Assembly: GCF_016433145.1 (NCBI RefSeq)
Contig: NC_058133.1
Span: 484,435,659-484,499,658, forward strand
Reading direction: 5' to 3'
Length of the DNA stretch: 64,000 bases
Source: Gracilinanus agilis
Lineage: Eukaryota
Under the pieces are notes generated by a model. The model had not been told where the DNA came from. It searched no databases and was given only the letters and a program-made list of their open reading frames with translations. Positions 48,521 through 60,599 of this stretch are shown one piece after another; the stretch's first letter is position 1; each line of letters opens with the position of its first letter. Made by a program: the position numbers and the translations under genes.

Positions 48521-49190
48521 ACTTTCTGAAGTTGGTCCATTCGCTGCCATCTACTACAACATGGAAAGCTCAGTGGGAAAGCAGCCTTCTGTACTGCATC
48601 TCAATTACTAAAGAATGACCACCATTAGGTTTTAATTTATGGTCTTTTAATATCTTGGTTATTTCTGGAAGTTCAATAACTTGATGGTTTGTAGGCACAA
48701 TGTTCACTCAATCAATGTTTGTTGAATGGATGGAGAAATCTTTTTTTTCCCTTTCCTCATGGCATTCAATTAAAAAGCAATCACAAACCAGATGTTGTTT
48801 CTCTTCAGGATTATAAAATGGAGTCCAATCTCCAATGGGCACAATAGAAACAAGGACAGAGAAAGCGGAATAAATTCTTGGTATTGCCATCTTCTGTTCA
48901 GAACACTTTTAATCAAGTACAGAGTGGGTGTGTGGGTGTATTTATACCTTAATTATGACAACCACAGGAAGAAAAAACTCCCCAGAATTCCCAAAGGAAG
49001 CTCACTGGTCTGGGCTACTATGGTACATGGGAGCAGGACTGGTATCTACAGTAATGCTTTCTGTCCTCGATAGCATGGCATATCCTATACACATTATCTC
49101 ATGTGACCATCATACAACAAGCCTGTGAGATGGGAACTTATAAATAGCCATCCTCATTTTGCAAATAGGAAAATGGTCTCAGGAAGTTTA

Positions 49191-49318
49191 TTTTAATAAT
49201 TTTATTTTTTTTAAATCCTTAACTTCTGTGTATTGGCTCATAGGCGGAAGGGTGGTAAGGGTGGGCAATGGGGGTCAAGTGACCTGCCCAGGGTCACACA
49301 GCTGGGAAGTGTCTGAGG
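49191..49318 (-). mobile_element. 5'-truncated young SINE with 16-bp TSD, inside a MIR-like element
   Basis: GGTCTCAGGAAGTTTA at 49175-49190 and 49319-49334. Confidence 0.9.
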
Positions 49319-49964
49319 GGTCTCAGGAAGTTTAAATGGTGATTTACAGGGTGAGACTGTGTAGAATGCTGGAGGCAGTATTCACATCCAGGTCTCTCAC
49401 CAAGCAGTACAGCAATCTTTGTCCTTTGCTACTGATGGAGAAGATCCTCTCCAGAGGCCGAGATGGGTACCCACTTTCTTATCACCGTCTCTTAAGAGTA
49501 GATGGCTTGTTTTACCCAAAACCAGAACAGGAAAATGGAGATTTACAAACCAACCAACCAACGTTAGGGGGTGACTATTCACTTGACAAAATAATTCTTT
49601 ACAAGAGGCACTGCTAGTTTTTTCCTGGGTAATTAAAAGATGACTTACACCAGTGAGTGTATAATGGTAATGGGACTGGATATCGAGTCAAATGAACTGA
49701 GTTTGAAATCCATTTCTTCCCTTTATAGTCTAAATGACACTCTCCGTATCATAACCAGTGTCCTCATATGTAAAATAAGGAGGTTCAAGCATTCATTCAA
49801 TACACATTTATTAAGTGCCTACTATGTTTCCCCAGATACTGCGCTAAGTTCTGGGGATGCCCAAGGAGACAAAAGACAGTTTGCCTTCAAAGATACCCAG
49901 GCTCTCTTTCCATTTTGAATCTTGTGACCTTGTACTCCTATACAAATATCCTATCCCCAAACTT

Positions 49965-50222
49965 GGGAAAAGCTAGATGCCACAGTGGACAGAGTGCTTT
50001 TGACTGGAGTCAGGAAGATTCCTCTTCCTCAATTCAAATCTGGCCTCAATATTTACTAGCTGTGTGACCCTGGGCAAGCCATTTAACATCGTCTGCCCCA
50101 GTTTTCTCATCTCTAAGAAGAATTGAAAAAGGAAATGGCAAACCACTCCAGTATCTTTGTCTTTAAAAAAAAAAACCCAAGTGAGATCACCAAGAGTCAG
50201 ACACAACTGAAAAGGTTGAACT
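49965..50222 (+). mobile_element. MAR1-type CORE SINE
   Basis: CORE plus AAGGAAATGGCAAACCACTCCAGTATCTTTG...AAGAGTCAGACACAACTGAA RTE-like tail. Confidence 0.8.
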
Positions 50223-51269
50223 ACACCCCCAAACCTCCCTTTGGCATGGCTGCTTTGCTAGTCCCCACCTATATTCCCTTAACTCTTTTTCTGCTTCAAT
50301 GGCCAGTCTTATACAGGGTGGTATGGTGCTTAAGTAAGATGGGCCTGATGCAGCTGGTCCAAGATCCTTAGATGGTAAATGGATCTAAGCTGAATGAGGG
50401 GAAGGATGCCTGAATGGCCACCAAGGTGAGCCGGTAACCACCAGAGCTTATAAATGCTCAGCTCAGCTAAGCACTTGACCCACAAACAGTGCCCAAGCCT
50501 AAGTGATTAGATGAGAAGCTATATATTGACTCACACAGATCCTCTGGTTATTAGGCTTAGGGTTGGGTTGATGGATAAAGTTTGTAATAAGGACGATTGA
50601 TATTGGGTTGGATAACGCCAATGACTGCGATTTCGATAAAGTCCCTTTTCCCCTTTGGATATAATTATCCACTTGCTCTTGGAATGATATCAGCCTTCGC
50701 TTAAATGGGTTCAAGGATTTAATGCTATAAACTCAAAGAGGTATGGTCCAGGATAAGGAAAGTGATGTTGGGGATGGCTATGCTAAATCTATAGAAGCTA
50801 GAATAGGCTGACTAATCAGTAACAAGTTGACAACTGGCTGGAGAGGTTCTTCTCCCTCACAGACCCCTGGTCAGATCCAGCCATGGCCTAGATCAGGCGA
50901 AAGGAGGGCTTATGATCTTCTTGGTAGATGTTTGATATGTATCTCTCAGCCCTAATTAGCCACAGGTGAACTGAGTACTTGAGGCAATAAGGTACAGATG
51001 CTGGAGTGCAGGTCTATAGGCCTACCCAACCTCACCACCTGGGACCCTTCTCAAAAATGAAGACCCCTGGGCGTTTATAGTGGTGGTAGCCACTGTCTTT
51101 TGCCTTTGGCTCATGCCACCTGGGCAAATTCTAAGTTCTATAACTGACAATCTGTCACTCAAGTTGGTCTCCATCTTGTTCCCAGAAGTTACCTATTACA
51201 CCAGTCACTCAAATGGTATTGTTTAAACATATAAACCACCCCCCCTTTTGCAGAGTCTGCCTAATGCCA

Positions 51270-51640
51270 TTCTCATCATTACTTAACGCTACTGAAAAAT
51301 AAAAGATACTACCATAAAATAATCAAAAGTGAGTGCTGAAAAATTACAAAGACCAAGGATGAAACCCCCTAAAAAAGACAGAAGAAGATGCCCACCTCTA
51401 CCTAGCCCCCTCATTTGACTCATTTGCAGGGGCAGGAGGTCCACATGTATGGAACGTTATATGTCTTTTTAGACTTTTTTCTGATTTTTTTCCTCCTCTT
51501 CCTCCCTTCCTTCTAAATTTCTATCATCTAGAATAGCTCTTTGGGAGGGGGGAAGGGAAGGAATGCTGGGAGAAATTCTGGAGATGTAAAAAACTAGATA
51601 TCGATAAAAAGACATTAAAAATAAAAATATAAGACAAATC
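51270..51640 (+). mobile_element. Probable L1 3'UTR fragment
   Basis: Purine/pyrimidine-block 3'UTR-like text ending in an A-rich tail. Confidence 0.5.
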
Positions 51641-54470
51641 CAGTGTCTGTCTTATAGAGACACATATAACCTTTCTGTCTTAATTGTGACCAAACTCACA
51701 AAGATCTGAGATTCTTCAGCTATATGAGATTTGGACCAGAAGATCTCTTAGGTCTTTTTCAGCTCTAGATTGTGACAATCCCCCCAACCTACCCTAAAGG
51801 AGAAAGGTAAGGGAGAGTCTGAGGGCTCAGGCCATTCCAGATAGGAACAATGAGCTGGGAAGGCCAAGTCCAAAGAAAGGAATGAAGGCTTCTAAGTAGA
51901 GAGAGTAGCAGTAGGAACATCAAGGCTTGTCACTGAGCAGCTTTGGAGTCAATTTATAGAACCAATGAAGAGGTCAGAAGGTCATATAGCCAGTGCTCTC
52001 CACTTCAAGCAAAGCTCCCTCCTTAAAAGAGAACTACTATGGACATCTAGAATCCAGATGTCCTTTCACTCTGCCCAAAGCAAATCCAATCTCTTTTCCA
52101 AGGAATGAAGCTATACTAATTTGTGCACATATACCTTTATCTAACAGGAGCAGGATCTCACCTTCTAGGACACATCAATGTATGACAGTATGCTAGGTAG
52201 GGTCAGCATTAAAGTGAATTACCGTGTCACAAAAATGGCCATCTCAAATCTGGCCTCAGATACTGCCTAGCTGTGTGATCCTGGGAGTAACTAAACCCCC
52301 AGTGCCTAGTCTTGGACCAATATTTGTATTGATTCTAAGACAGAAGGTAAGGCTTTAAAACAAACAGACAGCCATCTCTGACCACAGGCTGCATGAGCTG
52401 GCCTAACTGCCAACATTGGTGATACCATCCACTCTGCAAACTACTGACTTTTCTCCCTGGGCAGGGCTACATCGCCAAAGAAACAGCGTGAAAGGGCTTT
52501 TCTCTCTACAGAGGAGATCTTGGCTCGGGGTCTGAAAAGCCTAACCCTGTGGCAATGGCTCAATCCATCCATTGGCCATCCCGGGCCACAACAGATTCTA
52601 AAACTTCTCCTCCGGTTGTCAGAAACCCTCTGCAGCCTCTAGCAAGAGCCCTTTCCTACTTTCCATGATGCTGCTCCCTGGAAAGGACGACCACATAGGT
52701 GGGTTCAGTCTGTCATCTGGCCTGGCTCTGAGTACCCTTAGGGGAACCTGCAGGATGCCTTCCGGGCAGAGAGAGGAATAAAAGGAAGAGAACCTATCAG
52801 AAGCAGCAAAGCACCTGCTGGATCCCTTAGTAAAACAACTAGTGGAGGGCCAAGGGATGGACGCATAGACATATAGCATGAACTGGGGCAAGAAACCCTG
52901 AGAAGAGAGGGAAGTAACAGCTCCTTTTGGACATTTCTTGATTTCCTTTCTGTTTCTGGTCTTAAATAAGCAGGCTTGATATTTAAACAAACAAACAAAA
53001 ACACTCCTCCCAGTCAGAGCTCCCCAAAATGAGACAGACTGGTTTGGCAAACAAGAAATCCCTCAAACTGTAAGTCTTTAAGCAAAGATTGAATGCATAT
53101 TGGAAGGATGTCTTAGAGCGGAGGCCCTGAAGCTGCCACTCATGGACCTCAAGCCCTCCACCAAGTGCCAGGGGGTTCAAAAATACATGAATGGGGGGAG
53201 AAATTACTCTTACTGATATTCCGCATTTCCTTCAACAACTTAAGTATAATATTCTGAAGAGGGTCCATAGGCTTTCCTGGCCTGCTGTACGAGGGGTTGA
53301 GGACACCCCAAAAGGAGATCTATCTCAGAGGGGTTCTGGGGGAAGTACAGGCCATACTAGATTAACTTTGAAGTGCCTTCCAAATCAGATGCTGTGAAAC
53401 ACCTAGAACTGTCCCTGGCCAGCTCCTCCTTCCCTTGTTCAGCTCTCCTCCCTAAACTAAGAATGACTACTAGGCTGCCTGTAGACCCAATTCCATCGAT
53501 AAGTGCCGGGCTGTGGGAGGGAGATGATTTGGGGAAGGGAAGCCTTTACTAGCTTGGCATCCAGGCTCCCCAGGACATGCCAAGGAGGCAGGGGAAGATG
53601 GAGCTTTGCCACCTTCTGTCACTTCCTGGAGCCTCCACTTCTCTTATGCATGCCAAGCCCCGCACAGAGCTCTCTACACACTTCAAGCCTCTCACAGCAA
53701 CGAGCCTGCAAGCACATGTGTTCCCAACCTCCCCTCACAGTCTGATGGAGGACAGCGGCTCTCCAGGTGGGCAGCAACATGGTGTGAGAAGGCATGATCA
53801 GCTCAGGGCCTTCAGAAGGGCCGAGGGGTAGATAAAGCTCACTCTTGGACGACTGGGAGGTGTTCAGTGGTCAGAGACGGCATGTGTTCTTTTCTGCTGA
53901 ACGCTCCCACTTTCCTATTGGTTTTAGTCTGTTCTCTGCCTCAGAGATTGACTATGCACCCCACACAGAAGCTTTCTCAAATGTTCCAGGAGTGATGCGC
54001 CCGTGCTCTGGCTCTTAACCCTCACCTGTGAACGAATAGCAGCTTCCCTGGAGGAGAGATGCTCTGGGAGGATGGGGGTAGTTTCACCGTGTCCAGCCCC
54101 AGGGCCTGGCAGAGAACCTCACAGACACTGAGCGTGGAACACATGGTTGGTTCAGGGGATTTACTGCAAAAGAGGCAACCGATCCCTTGAGAGTAGTGAA
54201 TGATGCCACGTGGGCACCCACGTGCCCATCTGGAATGAGCCAGGGTCACACCAAAGCATGCCGACACTGGCCTTGGCTATCATCAGAGAGAGTGGAAGGG
54301 ACAAGTCAACAGTTCTGACTCTGATGATGCCTCATATGGGTCCAGGGCTGGGTTCCCAATAGCTGCTGACTTCCGCCATCTCTTTTAATACCTCTTATGC
54401 CAACAGTCCGTCTCTAGCTATCGACATGCCATCTTACTTTTAAGTCAGACGCAAAGATGCAGAGGCCTTA

Positions 54471-54761
<291 letters not shown>

Positions 54762-56035
54762 TCAGAATGGACCCAAAGGACTATCTCAGGGGCAGGAAAA
54801 CAGATGCTACCTAAGGGGAGGTGGGGAGTTGAGACCCACGTGTGTGAGTGTGCGCACACATGTCTGAAGTACTCTGTCATTTTTCTAAGGGAGAAAAAGG
54901 ATTGTAGCTCTTAAGAACTGTTTAAAAAGAAAAAAAAAGTTAGTTGCTTTAGTCCTCTATAGATGCTTGTTTGTATAATATGAATATTCAGATACAGGAC
55001 TAAATACCAATACCAAATAGAGCCGAATAACAGAAAAATCCGTTGGGGGCAAAGATTTTTCAAAAGGTTGTTATAGCGTCCACCATATTAAAGAAGTGGG
55101 TGTCATTTGTGCCCCACTGTGGCCTGGATAGAAAATCTTAAGTTCGTCCCCTAGTTCTGGAAGACAAGTCCCCAGAACTGAGGGTATGAATAATTCTCAG
55201 GTTAGAAGACAGGCTTTCAAGTTGTATTTGATCAGTGGAAATCCAAGGCTTGTTTGTGCTTCTGGCTCATTAATGCCTGTACCACAGAAATACTGAATGT
55301 ACATATTTTTGTTGAGCGTTTGTGATATACAGGTCACTACAAATGCCATCTCATGAAGATTCAGCACGCTCCACTTCACTGAGTCATGGTTATGTCTGCT
55401 CTTCAGAAGAGCCATGTACTGTGCTGTCCTTTGTAAAAGGAAGGTAGAGAAAGATTTCAAGGAGCTTTTACACCGGGCTAATACTGCAGCCCTTACCAGC
55501 TTAGGAGAACTTGTCAGAGCTTACATTTTGCCAACATATATGAAAGTACAAGATGCCCCATGGAACCAGGAAGGACTAAAGTAGAAGACCATTTAAAAGG
55601 CATTATGGAGGACATGTAGCTTGGGAATGCTGGCAAGCCAGCTACATTTCAAGAACCAAGCTGCAGTGCTTTATGTGTTTCCTTAAAATACTGAAAGAAA
55701 AAAAAGGAAGTTCTGACACATACTTGGAAGAAGTTTCAAGCTGCTGAAACCTCTGATCCACTGGAAATTAAGGGGATGTCTATCAGTTGAGGAATGGTTG
55801 AACAAATTATGGTCTCTGAATGCAATGGAAGACTAATTTACTCTAAGAAATGATGAAGGGGATGTTTCCTGAAAAACCTAGAAGGCGTGTATGAATTGAG
55901 GCAGAATAAAGGGAGAAGAATCAGAAGAAAATACTAGGAGGACAAAAAGCTTCGAAAACCTGATGGTCTCTGATCAATACAAAAACCAACCACCATTCCA
56001 GAGGATAGAAGATGAAGTCCATGGCTGCCTATTTT

Positions 56036-56171
56036 TTTTTTTCTTTTTAACCCTTGTACTTCGGTGTATTGTCTCATAGGTGGAAGATTGGTAAGGGTGG
56101 GCAATGGGGGTCAAGTGACTTGCCCAGGGTCACACAGCTGGGAAGTGGCTGAGGCCGGGTTTGAACCTAGG
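56036..56171 (-). mobile_element. 5'-truncated young SINE with 16-bp TSD, inside an L1 3' fragment (about 55760-56210)
   Basis: CATGGCTGCCTATTTT at 56020-56035 and 56172-56187. Confidence 0.9.
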
Positions 56172-56219
56172 CATGGCTGCCTATTTTCTGATGGAGACAG
56201 GATGGACAAGGGTATATCC

Positions 56220-56409
56220 CAGTGGTTCCCAAACTTTTTTGGCCTACTGCCCCCTTTCCAGAAAAAATCTTACTTAGCCCCCTGGAAATTAATTTTTTTA
56301 AAAATTTTAATAGCAATTAAGAAAGATAAATGCACCTGTGGCCATCACCACCGCCTGGATCGCTGCAGCACCCACCAGGGGGCAGTGGCACCCACTTTGG
56401 GAATCACTG
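56220..56409. mobile_element. hAT-type MITE, 190 bp
   Basis: TIRs CAGTGGTTCCCAAA / TTTGGGAATCACTG; 8-bp flanks GTATATCC / GTATAGAC (6/8 match). Confidence 0.85.
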
Positions 56410-57571
56410 GTATAGACTGAAACATAAGTTTGTTTGAATACAGACTGCTGGGAATCATCAAAACCCACCCTGTCTGACATGGTCACAGGGGGAACCTCGA
56501 GGAAGTACATGACAGCCTCAGGAAGGATGGAAACCCCTCACTCAGATACCCCTGTGTGACTCTTCTCTTACTAACACTCCTTATTATTGGAATCATTGTG
56601 ATCAATATCCCCACTCAGCCCCAGGGAGATACAGAAGAACATTATAGGCTATTATTAGAGCCCTTACAGGTCTCCTAAAAACTCCTAGGAAATTCCCACC
56701 TTTACAGAATTCCCCTAGAAGTCACTTCACAACAAACCAGCAAATAGTGAGTTAATGTTAAAAATTTAAAAATCCTAACTTAGGTCTCCCATACACAAGT
56801 GCCTGCAAAAACAGGCCAGAACAGTCTCCAAGTTTTTCCCCCCTCCCTGATCCCTGATTTGGTATAGTACATTAACATAAAAGAACAATGAATGATAAAT
56901 GGAGAAATTGTCTCCCATGAAAAGGCCTGTGCTTTCCCACCACTGTAGCCCAAGAGATATGTCAAACACACCTTGAAAAATATTGAAAGTTACTGGAGAA
57001 TGAAAAGTATGACTTAATACATTGTCTCTAAGAAAAGATGTATGATGAGAACGGATTTCAATGCCAACATTACATGTGATCTCAAAGTGTATAAGAAAGT
57101 ATATAAAAATAAACCTTACTCAAGGCAGAGCAGAGCAATATTCATGATGCCTGCCTGGCTGAAACACTGACTGTCTTTCATTTGTCTTAATCATCTACGT
57201 TGTCCCACCTCCTCAAGACCCTGGACCTGTGGGAGTTATAGTCCAGCAACTGACAATGTAGGAATTTGTTTTGTTTCACTGACAAGATCTGTTGCAACTT
57301 TTTTTCCTCTTCCAATATTGGGGTGGGAGGGAGAGAAAATTTGAAAAATTTTTAAATAACAAAAACCAAAGAAATCACATATCCTCCAAAGAATCAAATT
57401 AAAATAATCACACAAGATAGAACTGGTATCCTTAAAATGGGTGTTAGAAGAATGTAAAGAACAAGGAAGTTTTTTCAAAAAAAGGAGGCATGTCTAGGAA
57501 ATGGATACTCGGTTTTGTGGTACAAAGAAAAGAAAGCTATTTGACATCATAACTCTATGGTTCTCCCTTAC

Positions 57572-57718
57572 CTCGTCATAAATTCCTCAAATTTAGAACT
57601 GGTAAGATTCAGGCTGGACCAGTGAGTGTCAGCTACAGGCTTGTGTTCTGGAGGACCCAGGTAGGCAAGGAGAGTTGCCATCTTATCAAAAGGTCGTCTT
57701 CCAACAGCTTTGTGATCT
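57572..57718 (-). CDS. NF1: NF1 exon, legacy 27a (147 bp): DHKAVGRRPFDKMATLLAYLGPPEHKPVADTHWSSLNLTSSKFEEFMT
   Basis: Translation matches human as I recall it; canonical AG/GT; phase 2 on both sides. Confidence 0.97.
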
Positions 57719-59796
57719 CTAGAAAGAAGAAGTGACTTATCAAGGAGCTCGTGACCTTCCAGTACAAGTTCCCTAAATAATCAGTTGGACACTTGGGTTT
57801 AGCGATTGCTGGTATTCAATGCCCATGAACAAATAGCATGGGGGGAAAAGACATTTAAATGGTCACTAGTCTACAGTGACATCTTGAATCTCTTATGCAG
57901 AGTTGCAAAAAACTCTAAGCACTTAGAATAATGAAAAAACATTTTGTGTGTGATATAAAGTTTAGATCAATAAGAATACACGGTTCATGCCATCATGGAT
58001 TTTAAAATTAAGAGAATGACACACATTAAAAAATATATTAATTTAGGTTATGCAGCCATTTGGAGCTTGTGTTATGTGAATTAAAGATGCTAGTTCAAAC
58101 TTAGTTTTTCTCATATTGCTTTCTAGTGTCCCCAGGAATTTCAATCCTAGCTGCCTTGGGATCTCTCAAAATACTATACTGTTACTCTGGATTACTTCTG
58201 GGATAATTTGCCTAATATGATCCAATGATTTTTTAAAAACTATTACTAAAAAGATTTGATGACTATTGTTTTTGAGTCCAGTCAAATCTAGGAATGAGAA
58301 GCTGTATCTAGCATTTCCCCTGAGATTCATGATCTTTTGCTCCCCTGGAGCAGGAAGTTCATCCCTCTTTCTGTTGGCAGCAAACTGAGGAAGTCTACAG
58401 ACCCTTCTCAGAATAATGCTTCTAACTGAAGAAAGTAAGGAAATCAATGGTATTAAGTTTCAAAAACACTAAAACACATCCCCAGAACCAGAAGAATTCT
58501 GTTATAAGTTTAGTTCTAGAAAATAATCTTCAGTAATTTTATTGGTGTTACAGTGAATAAGTAAATTAAATTATTAGTATCACTGTTTTTATTATCTTTA
58601 CAAATAATGGATAAATGACAGAAGAGTTATTATTTGAGTTCTGAGAAGGAAAGGGTTAACACAGATTAGGAGTTTAGGGATGGTTTTGTGGAGAAGATGG
58701 TACCGAGTCAGGCTTCAAAGCATTATACATCAAATGGAATTGCTGCATTAGCATTCTATTATAAGGCGGCACATGCTAACAGATTTCTATCCTGATCTGC
58801 ACCTAGTTCTCTGGCTATTTTACAAAGTGCAAGTAGGTTTTCTTATTCCTAATCCACTGGTCAACCCACCTCAGGAGCCTATTTCAGAGCTGGTAACCCA
58901 CTTTAATAGTTTTGTTATGTCATGGCATTTTTTCCTGGGTACTGACAAACTCCCTCATATTATTTTAGTCATTTTCTATTCATAAGACAAAATGTTGCTC
59001 CTTAAGGAGCTGATAAATATATGGAAAATTAAGAACAAAGTAATGCATTTAGCCAGCTCTTGAGAATGCCATTAGAAAGTCTAAAGAAAGATGAGAGAAA
59101 AACAAAAAAACTATGAATATGATGGAAATGAAATGTAAGCCAGCACCTTAATTCACATACCACAAAGATGATAGGATGATGTGCTTCTTCTAAATCTGAA
59201 CTCTTAGCACTATTTTAAGCTTTGAAAATCTCAACAATAAGAATGACTCACATGAACATAATGCCTTAAGCTTTGCAAAGAACTTATTTCATTTGATCTT
59301 CATGACAAGCCTGGGAGGTAAATGCTATTATTCCCATTTATCAGAAGGGGAAACTGAGGCTGGGATAAAGGATGTGACTAGGCCAGGGTCACATAGCTAG
59401 CAAATATCTGAGGCCAGTAAAAAGTCCCCGCTTCCTGATTCCACGTGAAACAAGTGACCTGCCACACTAAGATGTCTCCTTAGAGAAGGGAGCTGCTTCC
59501 CAAGTTAAAACAAGCCTGAGACTCCCTGGGACTGAAAATTTATACACTCATTGAGGAAAAGAGAACATGTGGCAAGGATTGGGAGTTTTCTAGCCTAAAA
59601 CAAAATCTGATCACAATAAGCAAGGTCAGGCAGCTGAGTAACAGGGAGACCAAAGCAGTGGCTGCAAGCCACAGCCTCACTTTCTACACTAAGATAGAGA
59701 AGGTCCTTGGGATACCACTCAACATAGCTGTTGTGGGAAGAGAAGAAGGTCCATGTCAGACACAGGGCAGTTTTGGCATACTTCTGGGTGCCTTTC

Positions 59797-59843
59797 TGTG
59801 TGTGTGTGTGTTTTGTTGTTTTGTTTTGTTTTGTTTTGTTTTC
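59797..59843. repeat. (TG)n-(TTTTG)n compound microsatellite
   Basis: Directly visible. Confidence 0.9.
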
Positions 59844-60115
59844 AGGGAGCTTGGTGTGAGGGGATACTGTATAGGGGCCAAACCAAATTGTCTGATGAAG
59901 GGTTGGAGGCTCAGGCAATACAAAGGAGATTTAGCAAGTGAGTGATAGACAAGCTCATTTTCACAAAATTAATGTGAGCTATTTTCCATAAGAAATAACT
60001 TTTGCATATAAGGGAAATTATAATTCTTTCCAAGTCATATCTCTTAACCAAACAAAAGATGAACTCGGATGCACTATTCACAACCAGGTAAGCATAGCTC
60101 TAAGATCATCTATAC

Positions 60116-60262
60116 CTGTTGCTTGAAAGATATTGGCCAATTTTCTCTTGGTTGTTCCAGAGGAGACGGTGAAGAGCAAGGACATTGCCATCACTGATGA
60201 AGGAAAGGCTGTGGTTTATGGCATCACTTACAGGGCAATCAGATGCAATATCAAGGAAAAAT
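60116..60262 (-). CDS. NF1: NF1 exon, legacy 26 (147 bp): FFLDIASDCPVSDAINHSLSFISDGNVLALHRLLWNNQEKIGQYLSSN
   Basis: Near-identical to human; ttttggtag acceptor and GTATAG donor. Confidence 0.97.
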
Positions 60263-60599
60263 CTACCAAAATACAAATGTCATTACAATTTTTGAAATCT
60301 TACACTAAACATTTGCATTAAATTTGCATACTCTATCCACACATTATCAGAAAGCTGTAGTATTACACCATACATCCTTTGGGGGACCCACAAAGGGAGA
60401 GGGGAAGAGGAAAAGGGAGAGAAACAGACACAAAGCTATAGTCCCAATTCTTTATTATTGGGTTCTCAGTTTCACAAATATGCCTTTTAATATCAAATGG
60501 TCAGAATAAGCTGAGGAGACATTTGAGTGTTCATCATAAGATTTTATCACAAGGTAAAGTAAGCTCTAGAGCTTTCAGTTTTTAAAAAAGCCTGCTCAG

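Noticed and set aside
52497-53050. Plus-strand acceptor at 52510 with a 37-aa ORF and AATAAA; 143-aa minus ORF 52619-53050
   Set aside because: No signal peptide, domain or supporting first exon; consistent with chance in GC-richer DNA.
56064-56420. 118-aa plus ORF and similar ORFs at 16117, 41964, 42109 and 49973
   Set aside because: Translations of SINE/MITE sequence.
58166-58447. 93-aa minus ORF in an NF1 intron
   Set aside because: No similarity to neurofibromin or any protein I recognise; partly overlaps a Charlie-like repeat remnant.
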